Of a stretch of 64,000 nt of DNA, positions 1 through 9,740 are shown in pieces. Origin of the DNA: Vicugna vicugna (lineage: Eukaryota). Under the pieces are notes generated by a model that searched no databases, was not told the DNA's origin, and saw only the letters and a program-made list of their open reading frames with translations. Position 1 is the first letter of the stretch; every line of letters begins with the position of its first letter. A program made the translations under genes and the position numbers. The DNA is taken from positions 4,902,118 to 4,966,117 of the forward strand of contig MU061056.1 of the NCBI GenBank assembly GCA_013265495.1. The letters run 5' to 3'.

Positions 1-1110
1 CGTGACGACTGTGAGGAGGCCACGTGGCTGCAGTTAGATTACACTGACCCTCTACTTTGGCAGGTTCAATATTTCTTCTTTACTAGAATTGGTGTAAGCT
101 CTGGATTTGGGTTTTCCTTCTTTTCCTGAAATGCCTCTTCCAGATCTACCATCTGAGGGCTTTCAGAATGCTTAACTTGCCAGCACTGGTTTTTCACAAC
201 AGTGCTTCAGATCAAAGAACCCTTTTTTTTTTTTTAAACAAGGAAAGGCAACAATGGGTAAATGAACTTGAGATCTCCTGGATCATGTACAAACATAATC
301 CAGGAGCAGCTGACCTAATAGAAGGAAGAAATGACTTATTAATTATTATCTGAGACACCAGTTTGAGAAAACATTTTACAGGATTGTTGTGCTGTCCTTG
401 GGATGAAGTAAGTATTAAAGCAACGATCAATATGTAGTACTTTGTCTCTAACAGAAGATACAGGCTCAGGAATCACTCCCAGGGACCCATTTGCAGAATC
501 AGTGTGTCCTGTCCTTGCCAATATATGTCTCTGTGGATTAGAGGTCCTGGTTCCTGGTTCCAGGTGCAGGTGTAGGGTTGCACTTATTCTGGTTGATACA
601 ACACACATTACAGAACTGGAAACTGCGGCCTCTGCCTGGTTACTTTGGATATTTCGTGATGGATCATCAGGCAAAGAAAGGAATTACATATTTGTTACCA
701 TGAGGAATTAGGGTGTCTGCTACACAACACAGGCAGGAAGAAGTTTGTCCGGAGCCCAGGAAATTTAATGAGATGTCTTCATGTTTGCATGACCAGCCAT
801 GGCTATAAATGCCTAACACAAGCGTAAGGCCATAGATACTCCGCTCCGTTCAGGATGAAGAGCTGGCTCCCTCCAACAAGCAAGCATTTGAGACCTGCTG
901 AAGTGGTAGCAAAAGGGATGGAAATTTAGGATGAGCGCTGACGAAGGGCTCAGGTGGAGTGACGGCCACTGAAACTTCTTTCGCCATCCCTCCTGTATTC
1001 TTACTCTGTTAGGTCTGTGCGAGAGACTGCGGTCACGTCCTTCCTTAATGGTTCTGTGACGGACTAGTTTGAATGGAATGTCTGGGTGGATCTGAGTCAC
1101 ACCTGGGGTG
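1..1110 (+). mobile_element. Degenerate ERVL-class (ERVL-E/HERVL-like) internal sequence: integrase core, downstream dUTPase-like region and 3' end of the internal segment
   Basis: ORF 168-353 reads FHNSASDQRT..KERQQWVNELEISWIMYKHNPGAADLIEGRNDLL, colinear with the ERVL integrase motif as I recall it (HSIASDQGTHF..KEVRQWAH..HWSYHVPHHPEAAGLIERWNGLL). Bases 25-165 match the WQVDYIGPLP..GIDTYSGYGFA segment. Bases 440-960 follow the ERVL region 3' of integrase (ttagaggtcctggttcc, caggcaaagaaagga, gacctgctgaagt). Stops and frameshifts are present. Confidence 0.85.
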
Positions 1111-1250
1111 GGTTGAATTTGACCCATCTTGTGCCCCGCTTCACACGTCCTTTGCCCACATTTCACTCTAGTCCTTTGTATAGCGACCAGCTTTGTGTAG
1201 AGAGAATCTAACAGCTCCCAGTCTCAGCTACACTTCCTGCCCTGGTGTAG
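1111..1250 (+). mobile_element. 5' part of an LTR33-like ERVL LTR (3' LTR of the provirus remnant, truncated)
   Basis: Follows a PPT-like ggatctgagtcacacctggggtggg. The segments tgtgccccgcttcaca..ttgcccac and cgaccagctttgtgtag..ctaacagc resemble my recollection of the LTR33 5' end. Confidence 0.6.
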
Positions 1251-1470
1251 TTTCTGATGAAAAAGTAACAGGTCTGTGTGTTAGTGACAGGAATACCGCT
1301 AGTAAATGGCTGTGGAGATCAAGTGAAGAGATGAATATTCATTATCAAGCATGAAGTTTTCTGATCTACATGAAAGATTCAAAATAATAAACCAGGTCAT
1401 ATGAACAACATTTACTTTGCAATGTATTAAATAAAAAAGAGGAAAGTGGTTTGTCTGAACAGTTTTTTGC

Positions 1471-1608
1471 GGGTGAGGGTACAGCTCAGGGGTAGAGTGC
1501 ATGCTTAGCAAGCACGGGGTCCTGGGTTCAATCCTCAGTACCTTCATTTAAAAAAAAAAAAAAAACCTAACTGATGGCCCCTCCTCCCGCCCAAAACAAG
1601 TCAAAACA
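1471..1608 (+). mobile_element. Camelid tRNA-Ala-derived SINE (vic-1 type)
   Basis: Head gggtgagggtacagctcaggggtagagtgcatgcttagcaagcacggggtcctgggttcaatcctcagtacc has A/B boxes and an AGC anticodon-like loop, then an A-tract and the aaacctaa..cctccc tail shared with the three other copies. Confidence 0.92.
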
Positions 1609-1859
1609 AAGTTTTTGGTTTTTGCCAAATGCAAGATATTAGCAGGGAGAAATAAATAATCTGAAATGATTTCTAAAGATACAACGCCCTTAGTAATTAT
1701 TTTGTTTGTCTTATTAGGGGTGAAATTTGACAGAGAGCATATGTTATCGACCATCCGGAGTTGGTCCCCACCCGGGGTCTTCTGCCTGAGTGTCATTCAC
1801 GCCAACAGAACGAGACCGAATTTGGTTCAGAAACAAAGGAAAGCTGTATTCTCTGGGCG

Positions 1860-2170
1860 AGCAATGAAGAGGTGTGAGTCACGCTCCAGGGCACGACCTC
1901 CCAGGGAAAGGCCCCTGGCGAGGCTGCTTTACTCCGAACGCGGCAGCAGGGAGGAGGCGGGCTCTCGCGGGTTGGCGCAGCCGCACTGCTGGTGGCGCCA
2001 GAGCGCAGCGCCGGGCTGGGCGTCTCTGCACACGGTCCGCCGCCGCCGCCGCCATGTTGAACGAGGAGCTGCGCAGCCGCTTTCACCGCCCGCCAGGCTG
2101 CGGCGCTGCGGCAGCCCTTCTGCGCCCGGAACTCGGGTCTGAAGCGCCGCATTTGAGGCCTCCACACACG
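1860..2170. promoter_or_regulatory. Small CpG island / candidate promoter with a (GCC)5 run and YY1 motif
   Basis: Abrupt GC- and CpG-rich block in AT-rich flanks. (GCC)5 precedes ATG 2054. The minus strand reads CAACATGGCGGC (YY1-type). GC-box-like ggaggcggg near 1952. Confidence 0.75.
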
Positions 2171-3050
2171 GCACCCTGTGAAGAAGTGAAACTAGACCAA
2201 GCGCAAAGGACACACCAGAAAAAAAGGTTAGAGTTTATTTTGTTACCCAGATTCTACTTTCATTTCCCGGGAATTGCTAATGGGCTTTGCCTGTGACACT
2301 TCAGAACCAAAACCTCGTTTTGCCGTTTGTTTATGTTTGGACAATGTCTGCTTCTCAAAACAAAAAGCCCAGTTTTATTTTGCCTTTTTCTAAAGACTCA
2401 GGTATTAGTTTATTTTAGGACGAGTTATTCTCGAAAGAAATGACAGCCCTCAAGTGCTCTGGGGCCATCTTGCCTCTTAAAATCTAGTTAAAATTTGTTT
2501 ACTCTTTTTTTTACCCCCCAGAAAAAATAGAAAGGGCAAGGCCATTGCTAAGATTTTGCAAAATTCCTTTGGAATGGCGTTCTCGTATTCCTGCCTGGCT
2601 CTTACCCGCACTGAAGGGTTTCACTCAGGCTCCCTCCGCCATTATGGCCTATGGTCTTGGGTTTCCTGTTGGTTCAAACGTGGAACTCAGCATTTAAAAA
2701 AAAAATTTACTCCAGAAACCTTTTCTTTTATAATGTGTTTATGTGTAGAAGCTTTGGCTGAAGTTTGGGAATTCTACTTCAGCTATGAAAAAGTAAAAAT
2801 TCTATGGGAGGCATTCGCCTAGAAGCTCCTTGTTGGTCTTTAAATGCCAAGTTCATGTTATCTGGTCTTCATTCCCTACGGTATGTGGCCTTCCTCTCTC
2901 CCACTTCCTCCTCTGACCTCTAGTTACTTTAGTTCAGAAAAATTTGGTTATGTAATATGTAAAGCATTTGATAGAGAATTGACTGTTTCCCCTAACTTAC
3001 AAAAAAGGATTACAAATTAATATAAAAAATGCAAAAGAAAGATGGAGGTT

Positions 3051-3180
3051 TGAGAGAGAGAGAGAGAGAGAAAGATTTCTGAAAATTGCAGAAGATACCC
3101 AGTATTAGTATGGGTGTGGGGAAATAAAAGCAGACCCAGGAATTAAAAAAAAAAAAACATATATATATATATATATATGT
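3051..3180. repeat. (GA)n at 3051-3072 and A-tract plus (TA)n at about 3145-3178
   Basis: Directly visible simple repeats. Confidence 0.9.
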
Positions 3181-3619
3181 TTTTTTTATTAACCCAGGAA
3201 TTGTTTTCAACATTGAAGGCTATGTATGAGAAACAGAAAAATACTGATTACAATTTTATTTTTGAGCACTTAACTCCATACACTCAATTTAATTAATTTA
3301 AAAAAACTTAATTGAATCAATCAGTTCCATCCATCTTTCTTAGCATCACGCACAGAAAATCCTATTCCCTGATCCTCTTCTTCATCTCAAAGATTATGTT
3401 GCAAAGAGGACAACCGAGTTAATATGGAAATTCTTATCAACTAACCTAGTCAATTTCAGTTGAAAGAAGCTTTTTCTTCAATTATCCAGAGAATGACCTT
3501 TTTTGTTTTCTTGCATGGGTACACAAGCCTGAAGAATCTGACCTTTAGATAGATTTTATAGAGTTACTCTGTAAGTAAACTTACATATTGTGTTGCCAAG
3601 TGACAAAGTGCCTGTTATC

Positions 3620-3830
3620 TGTAGAAGGAGTTCAGAGCCAGAACCTGCTTCAAATTTCAGCTCAGCCACTTATTAAATATAAGCTGTGGGGCAAGTTGTT
3701 TAACTTGTAAACCTGTTTCTTCTGTAACGTGACGATAATAAAAATAGCTACCTCATAGAACTGTGAAAATAAACACATGATACTTGTTTAAAAAGCCCTC
3801 AGCAGAGTGGTTGGGGATTGGTAAGTACTT
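3620..3830 (+). mobile_element. MIR SINE
   Basis: cagctcagccactt..ctgtggggcaagttgtttaactt..aatagctacctcatag resembles the MIR core. Confidence 0.7.
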
Positions 3831-5329
3831 ATTTTAACATTGTTTTTGCCCCCTTTATGCATGCCATGGTTGAATGCAACCCCTCTATCCCCAAGTTATC
3901 ACAGAATTTGTAATATGAATGTCTCCAGAAATGTAACTTAATAACCTATTTAAATGCTAGTCTTTGAAATTTTGTTAAGAGACTAAATTCAAATATTTAG
4001 ACACATTCTATTAAAAAAAATAAACACTTACAGTGTTATCATAATCATTTCTCCACTTATTTTTCTTTTTATTAAAAATGACTAGACTATATGTAATTTT
4101 TCAGATAGCTTAATAAATAACAAAAAAAACAGAACTTTATTTAACAAACAGAATTGTGCACCTTTAAAAGCAATTCCGCAAAAATATTTGTCTGAAAAAA
4201 TATTTTTAAAAAATGCCCTAAATATCCTTTGGCTTCTTATCAAATATTAAAATTTAATTTTAGAAAATACAGTCTATTTACCATTATCCATAAGAAATGA
4301 AGCATATCTTTTGCTCCAATTTTTATTCATATTTTCTAAGACAGATAAAAAGAGTTGCTTTTAATTCTTAGTGGCATAATCTTTGAAGAAATGTTTATTA
4401 ATTAAATTGACAACTGAAGACAAGTTTGGAGATTCTGTAAGTAAAAATTTAGAGAAATTATAACATCTAAGTGAATTCGATGATCAAATTTCAAAATGAA
4501 CAAATAAAGGCAGATTGAGGATAAAAGAAGTAAAGCGTTTAGAAAAGTATTATCATTCAAAAGCCCTAGATAATACATGAATGTAGTATATATTGGACAG
4601 TATAGTTGTCAACACTAATCGCATTAAATTATCTTCATCATTTATCTTCCTTGAATTTTGCAGGCAATTTTAAAATATTGAATGATTTACACTGTATCCC
4701 TTAAAGCAGAAATAAATCAATGGGCAAACTGTGAGAAACTAAATTTGCTCTGGGGCTGATGATTCATATAAATAATAGTCTATGAGCGTATCAATTTCGG
4801 GTATTTCCTCGCAATTTATTAAAAAATATATTTTAGATAATTACAAACAGAGAGGTCATGGGTATGTATTGCAAGGTTTTCTGACAATTACTAAGAGCCT
4901 ATAATAAAAATAATTTTCAATGATACTATTAAACTGTTATGTCCTTGAAGTAAAGACATTAGCATTTCCTTGCTCCCTCCTTGTTTCCCTTTTTTCTTTC
5001 CTATCTTCCCTCTTCTGCCTCATATCTCATTCCAAAAATATTCAAGTTGTTTATCTCTATACTATGCGCTCTTGGAAAAAGTGAACTTTCGGTATCTATC
5101 CTGTCGACTCCGTATTCTTTGTTAAAGTGATTTTGGAAGAACTTGATAAACTGATTGATAAGCATTGGTTTACCCCATCAATGGGAAAGAAAGAATCAAA
5201 ACTGTATTCAAATAAACTAACTTAATTGTAATTATTAGTGGAATTATTTTATTTGAATGCACTCAATTCCTTACTGCTAATGAAATACTAAAGAAACACA
5301 GTCTACTGGGAAAACATGCGTCTGGGTGA

Positions 5330-5490
5330 AAGTTAGACTAGAGGCTTGAAAGGAACATGCTGAAGCATTAGCAAATCCTAGCTTCTCATTCTGATTAACT
5401 AACTGGGTGGCCTGGGGCAGGTCACCTACCTTGTCTAGGCTCTAGTTTTGTCACCTGTAAAGTTTGGAGGTAGGAAGTCATGATCCCTAA
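5330..5490 (+). mobile_element. MIR/MIR3 fragment
   Basis: ctgggtggcctggggcaggtcacctaccttgtctaggctctagttttgtcacctgtaaa is a MIR core variant. Confidence 0.6.
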
Positions 5491-5779
5491 GAACATATCC
5501 AGGGAAAGGTGTCATACACAATCAACCTGATTATGGAAAGGAGGATGTTTTACTTTGATATGTGAGACCTAACACAACTCATGGTGCTGTCTTTTTTCTC
5601 CGATGAAAGCCCCATGAAAACTGCTAATGAGGGATCCAAGTGCCTCACTGAGTTCCACCTCAGAACTCTGTTCTGTGAGCCTCTTATCTTCACATGTTAA
5701 TGAACAGGTACAAAGCTAGAGAAGAGAAGCAGGGAAGCATAAAATGAGAAAAATGGTCAAACAAGGAGCATGGTTAATC

Positions 5780-6190
5780 CATAAACTGAATAACCTGAGG
5801 TTGGACAATCAGGAACAGTCCATTCACTGTAGCTAATTGCATTCTAATTGGTTGTAGTTAGAAGCAGCTTTTTATTTTTAAACTTTTTATAAATTGGTTT
5901 TGAAGGACTGTATATCAGGACATGGGAGAAGGATTATGACGTGTCATTTTTTTTTTTGTGTTCAGATCCATGTGTGTAAGGATTATTTGTGGGTTACTTT
6001 CTTCCTCTTTGTTTTACACATATTCAGTCTGGATTAAATTTTCTCAGAGGAAGCATTTGACCTTTTGTATGTTTGAGAAATGCGTTTTTGTGTGTGTGTA
6101 GCTGTACATAAATAAATCACAAACTAGTAACAGAACAAAGGGGAAAGTGAACCAAAGAAAGAATGTGTGATTTCAGAGCATATACTTAGG
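5780..6190. promoter_or_regulatory. Candidate upstream enhancer (inverted CCAAT x2, CRE-like site, IRF/PRDM1 motif)
   Basis: Non-repetitive. ATTGG near 5848 and 5893; ATGACGTGTCAT at 5936-5947; GAAAGTGAAC at 6143-6152. Motif-level evidence only. Confidence 0.35.
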
Positions 6191-6619
6191 AATCTAAAAT
6201 ATGTATTTTTTATTTAATGAGTATAAAAAACACGTGTTATAAGTACACTGTGGTTTTAACACGATATTTGAATCTGTTAAAATAGCAGCATACTGGAGAG
6301 TGCCTGGCAGGCAGTTGGTGAATGAATGAATGATTGAAAAAAAGAGTGGATGATGAGAGAGTCACTTCATATCAGTCATCCTAGAGACTAAATTAATGAC
6401 TGACCATAAAATACCAAATTCTCCCTTATGGAGCCATGATTGCCAACCATTTTACCACCATGGGTCTTGAGGTCTGAAGAATTTTGTCTACTAAACACAA
6501 TGCTGGTTTTTTTTTTTGGTAGAAGTTTCTTTTTCTAATTTTTAATAACAATGACATAGAGTAATGGTATTGACAGAAATGATCACACATTAGGTTCACA
6601 ATACATACGAAGGAAATAA

Positions 6620-6980
6620 AGCAGGATGGTTAAGAGTGTGGATTTGTAATGAAGAGCCATAGATACCTAACCGGATTGTTTTGGTTAAGAATCCTCAGTT
6701 CACTGGCTGTGTCTCAACTTCCTCATCCCAAAAAGATAATAATCTGCAGTTCTGTAATGTTTTGGATGACTCCATGGAAAGCACCTAGAATAGGGTTGAG
6801 GACCCAGTAAGCACTCAAGAACTACTGGGGATTCCACACTATGTAACCTGAATGCTTACATGAATTATTCCCAGTACTAATAGGAACACAAAGTAGCATT
6901 ATGCCCAATTTACAGAGGAGAAAACTGAGGTGTGTTGAGATTAAAAATCACCCAATTTAATAAGGACTGATTCAGGTCTA
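6620..6980. mobile_element. Two adjacent MIR fragments in opposite orientation
   Basis: ggttaagagtgtgga..gcacctagaatagg..agtaagcactca (plus) and cccaatttacagaggagaaaactgagg (minus). Confidence 0.55.
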
Positions 6981-7439
6981 GAGTCAAATCCTGTTCCCAT
7001 CCTCTTATCTCTCTCCCTCCTCCCTCCCCGCTTTCTCCATTCCCTCTCCTGATCAGCAAGAGGTAACTGCTGTTGCCATATGACATTAATATAATTCCAG
7101 GCTGAATCAAAGGTGCCTGACATTTCAATTAGCCTGTGCAACTTTATTGAAAGTGAACTTGCAATTTCTGTTTAACTCCTAGAGATATTGAAAATGGCTT
7201 AAGGAACTCCATTTCTTTCAAGATCAGGCACCACGGTTGGAAGTGGTTTACATAAAAGCTTCCAGTTGGTAAATTCATAATTCTTAACACTTCAATTTTA
7301 GGTAAAACATTTAAATATTGCCATAAATAAGATTATGGAGGGAGGAATTTAAAGGTCTTCCTTACTGTTCTTAATGGAGAGTTTTTGATTTTATGGTTTT
7401 TCCAAATATTAAGGATCCTGATGTTTTCAAAAGTCAACA

Positions 7440-7871
7440 TCACAAACTGCCTCGAGGTACAATGAAGAAAAATTTTTGCAAATGACGACTCATTTTATAT
7501 AAAGCCCCGAACGTTCATTCATTCTTTCTGTTTCTGTTTCAAAAGAAAAGAGTGCCAGCACCACAGCCATGGCCACTGCTAGTCCTAACGTTAACAATGA
7601 GGTTTATAATCCATTTTCTGCCCTTCTGGCTGCTGCTGTTTTTATTAAGGGGAAGGCTGGAGGGGCTGCAGGGCCACACACAGATGCTGCTCTATGTGAC
7701 AGTATCTTTCATGGAGCAGAGCAAAGGGAGCCCACACCCTCGAAAAGGGAGGCAGGCCAGAAATGAAGCGAAGCTGCAGAATGCGCCTCATTATCCTAAC
7801 CGCCCACAGAACCAGGAAATGGCGATTCAAGTCTTGGCTGAAGACTGGTCAAAGGAAAGGCTGAATAGTGG
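7440..7871 (+). promoter_or_regulatory. Candidate TATA promoter and first exon (about 7521-7871) ending at a strong 5' splice site
   Basis: TATATAAA 7496-7503; Inr-like TCATTCT 7519-7525; TTGCAA and ATGACGACTCAT just upstream; donor TGG|GTGAGT with the intron starting at 7872. Confidence 0.5.
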
Positions 7872-7947
7872 GTGAGTGCTTGGACGTTACAATATGGTGA
7901 CTTGAAGAAAACGAATACTTTTTTTTTTTTTTAAACGTAGAACTTAC

Positions 7948-8300
7948 TCATGTCTCTGACTTTCAGGAATGCAACTTCATCAACCCTGCCCTTAACAATT
8001 CGCCACTGGTTCTGTGCTTTAGGAAAATAGCCGTTGCCTTAAGGAATGTTCCAGGTCTGGCCAAGCCCACCCTGAACTTCCTGCCCTCTGCTCCTCTGCC
8101 AGGCAGGCGCTTTTCTTTCCATCTTCATTTCCTGCATCTCCTCCTCTTCATTGCTACTCTCTTCAATGTTGTTGTCACCCTTCCCCCCTCCCCTCTCTCC
8201 ACCCCTTCCAGTCCCCCCTTCCCCCTTCTTTGATGTGTTGCTTGCTTTCTCCTCAGTTTGGATCAAACACTTTCATTTTTCTCTTTCAAAAGTTTTTGGG
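7948..8300 (-). ncRNA. Candidate antisense first exon and its promoter
   Basis: Minus-strand donor ATGA|GTAAGT (plus-strand acttac 7942-7947). Upstream on minus: TEAD-type ACATTCC, GGGTGGG, ETS CAGGAAGT and a long purine/G-tract region (8130-8230). Confidence 0.4.
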
Positions 8301-8329
8301 TTCCATGTCCTCCTCCAGGACTTCTCTTT

Positions 8330-8554
8330 ACTGAGCGAAGCAACATGGCGGCCCTCCCCTCTTGCTTTCCCTCATCCCTTCCTGAGTTGCAGCCTGGCTT
8401 TGCCCCCAGCCTCGCCGGGCGGCTGCCTTCGCAGTACAGTTTGGCAGGCAGCTCTGTTCTCCCTGCCGCTCCTACCAGGAGACGCTGGTCTCTGAAGTTG
8501 CCCCACGAGAACTTTCCTGTCTCTGAGTAGTCTGCTCAAGTGCAGAGGTCACCG
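8330..8554 (+). promoter_or_regulatory. Second candidate plus-strand first exon (YY1-initiator type) with 5' splice site
   Basis: CAACATGGCGGC 8341-8352, locally raised GC and CpG, donor CCG|GTAAGG with the intron starting at 8555. A matching acceptor (ctgat branch, T-tract, TAG/CAG) lies at 8888-8915. Confidence 0.5.
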
Positions 8555-9031
8555 GTAAGGATAAAACCATAAATTAACTTATCCCAAAGCTGTTGGTGCT
8601 TCTCAAATCCAAAGAATTCAGCGTCTAATATAGCCTTCCTACATATCTGCATGAATGAGTGAATTGATAATTGAGGGCAATGGCATGAGAGGATGGGAGG
8701 ATACTGAAGACGGTTCACATTTCCTGCAGTTTTGCTGAAGGCTGGCTCTACTTGGCAGAAAATAAATTCCTAACCCTGTTTGCCTGTGCGGATCGCATTA
8801 ATTAGATAGCTTGATTTTTGGCTGCCACTTCCTGCATTGTTTCTGCTGCTATCTTTTTTTTGGCTAAAAAAATTTTAGAATATGTTTTCTGATTTTCTTT
8901 TCTTTTTTTTAGCAGAGCCTGAAGCTCTTTGTAGTAAACGTACTACATGAAGCTACTAAATCAATCAAAACGGCAACAGCTTTATAGAGTATTTTTATTA
9001 GTTATATGGTTCTTTCTTTTTTTTTTTTTTT

Positions 9032-9135
9032 NNNNNNNNNNNNNNNNNNNNNNNNNNNNNNNNNNNNNNNNNNNNNNNNNNNNNNNNNNNNNNNNNNNNN
9101 NNNNNNNNNNNNNNNNNNNNNNNNNNNNNNNNNNN
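9032..9135. other. Assembly gap (104 N)
   Basis: Run of N. Confidence 1.
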
Positions 9136-9232
9136 ATGGTAAAAAAAAAAAAAAAAGAAAGAAAATAAATCAAATGGCTCAGAGGACTAGAGATAAAAAG
9201 TAAAATCTCTCCTCCAGCTTCACTCCTCAGAG

Positions 9233-9432
9233 CAGTGGTCCTCAACCGCGGACAGTGTTGCCTCCCAGCAGACATTTGGCCATGTCCGGAAACATTGTGG
9301 TTGTCACCACTTGGGTGGGGGGCAGAAGAGCCCAGAGTTGCTGTAAAGCACGCTGCAGTGCGCAGGACAGCGCCCACAGCAAAGAATCGTCCAGCCCAGG
9401 GTGTCCTCAGTGCCTCTAGGGAGGCATCCCAG
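9233..9432 (+). mobile_element. MER20 (hAT-Charlie non-autonomous DNA transposon)
   Basis: cagtggtcctcaaccgcgg..gacatttggccatgtccggaaacatt..gttgtcac..caggacagcgcccacagcaaagaat matches MER20. Flanks cctcagag / cctagagt resemble a degenerate hAT 8-bp TSD. Confidence 0.88.
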
Positions 9433-9479
9433 CCTAGAGTGACAGCAGTTACCTGTGTTCTGCATGCTCTTTCAGAAAG

Positions 9480-9740
9480 GTAGAAATAGATGTGTATTTT
9501 TTTTCACAACTGTTTCTTTTACAGACAGGCTCAGTGATTCTTCCCTAATCTGCAACTTGTTTTTTCCACGTAACAATGTCTTGGTTATTTTTCCATATTG
9601 ATACATATAATTTACCTCTTAATGTTAACTGGTGAATAGGTGGTCAGTGGACTCATTCTAGCATAACATAGTCCACCAGCTGCCACAGGTGTTGTCTCTA
9701 ATTCCTCTTTGCTGTGAACAAACCTGTCACGAAGGGGTTA
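9480..9740 (-). mobile_element. Old L1 (L1ME-type) 3' fragment
   Basis: ctgcaacttgttttttccacgtaacaatgtcttgg..ttccatattgatacatat is typical antisense L1ME 3' sequence. Confidence 0.55.

Noticed and set aside
1471-1545. tRNA-Ala(AGC) gene
   Set aside because: It has tRNA-like A/B boxes and an anticodon loop, but no proper acceptor stem. It has a G-rich 5' extension, an A-rich tail and three more dispersed copies with TSDs, so it is a SINE head.
1985-2000. CTCF site in the CpG island (also partial matches near 19184 and 44003)
   Set aside because: Each lacks key core positions of the CCACCAGGGGGCGC motif.
1666-2213. Long overlapping ORFs (158, 124, 140 and 94 aa) across the CpG island as protein genes
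   Set aside because: Stop depletion is expected in GC-rich DNA, several begin at non-ATG codons, and there is no recognisable domain. Only the ATG-2054 portion is kept as a hypothesis.
3900-4950. Possible hAT/Tigger transposase remnant
   Set aside because: AT-rich and repeat-like, but I could not match termini or a protein motif.
5575-5680. Minus-strand peptide ELSEALGSLISSFH resembling an S100 N-terminal helix
   Set aside because: The frame stops after a few more codons, and there is no EF-hand, start codon or exon boundaries; chance similarity.
8039-8495. Gly/Glu-rich (minus) and Pro/Leu-rich (plus) ORFs
   Set aside because: The composition simply reflects the purine/pyrimidine-skewed promoter tract.
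8947-9377. ORFs spanning the N run
   Set aside because: Artefacts of translating across an assembly gap.
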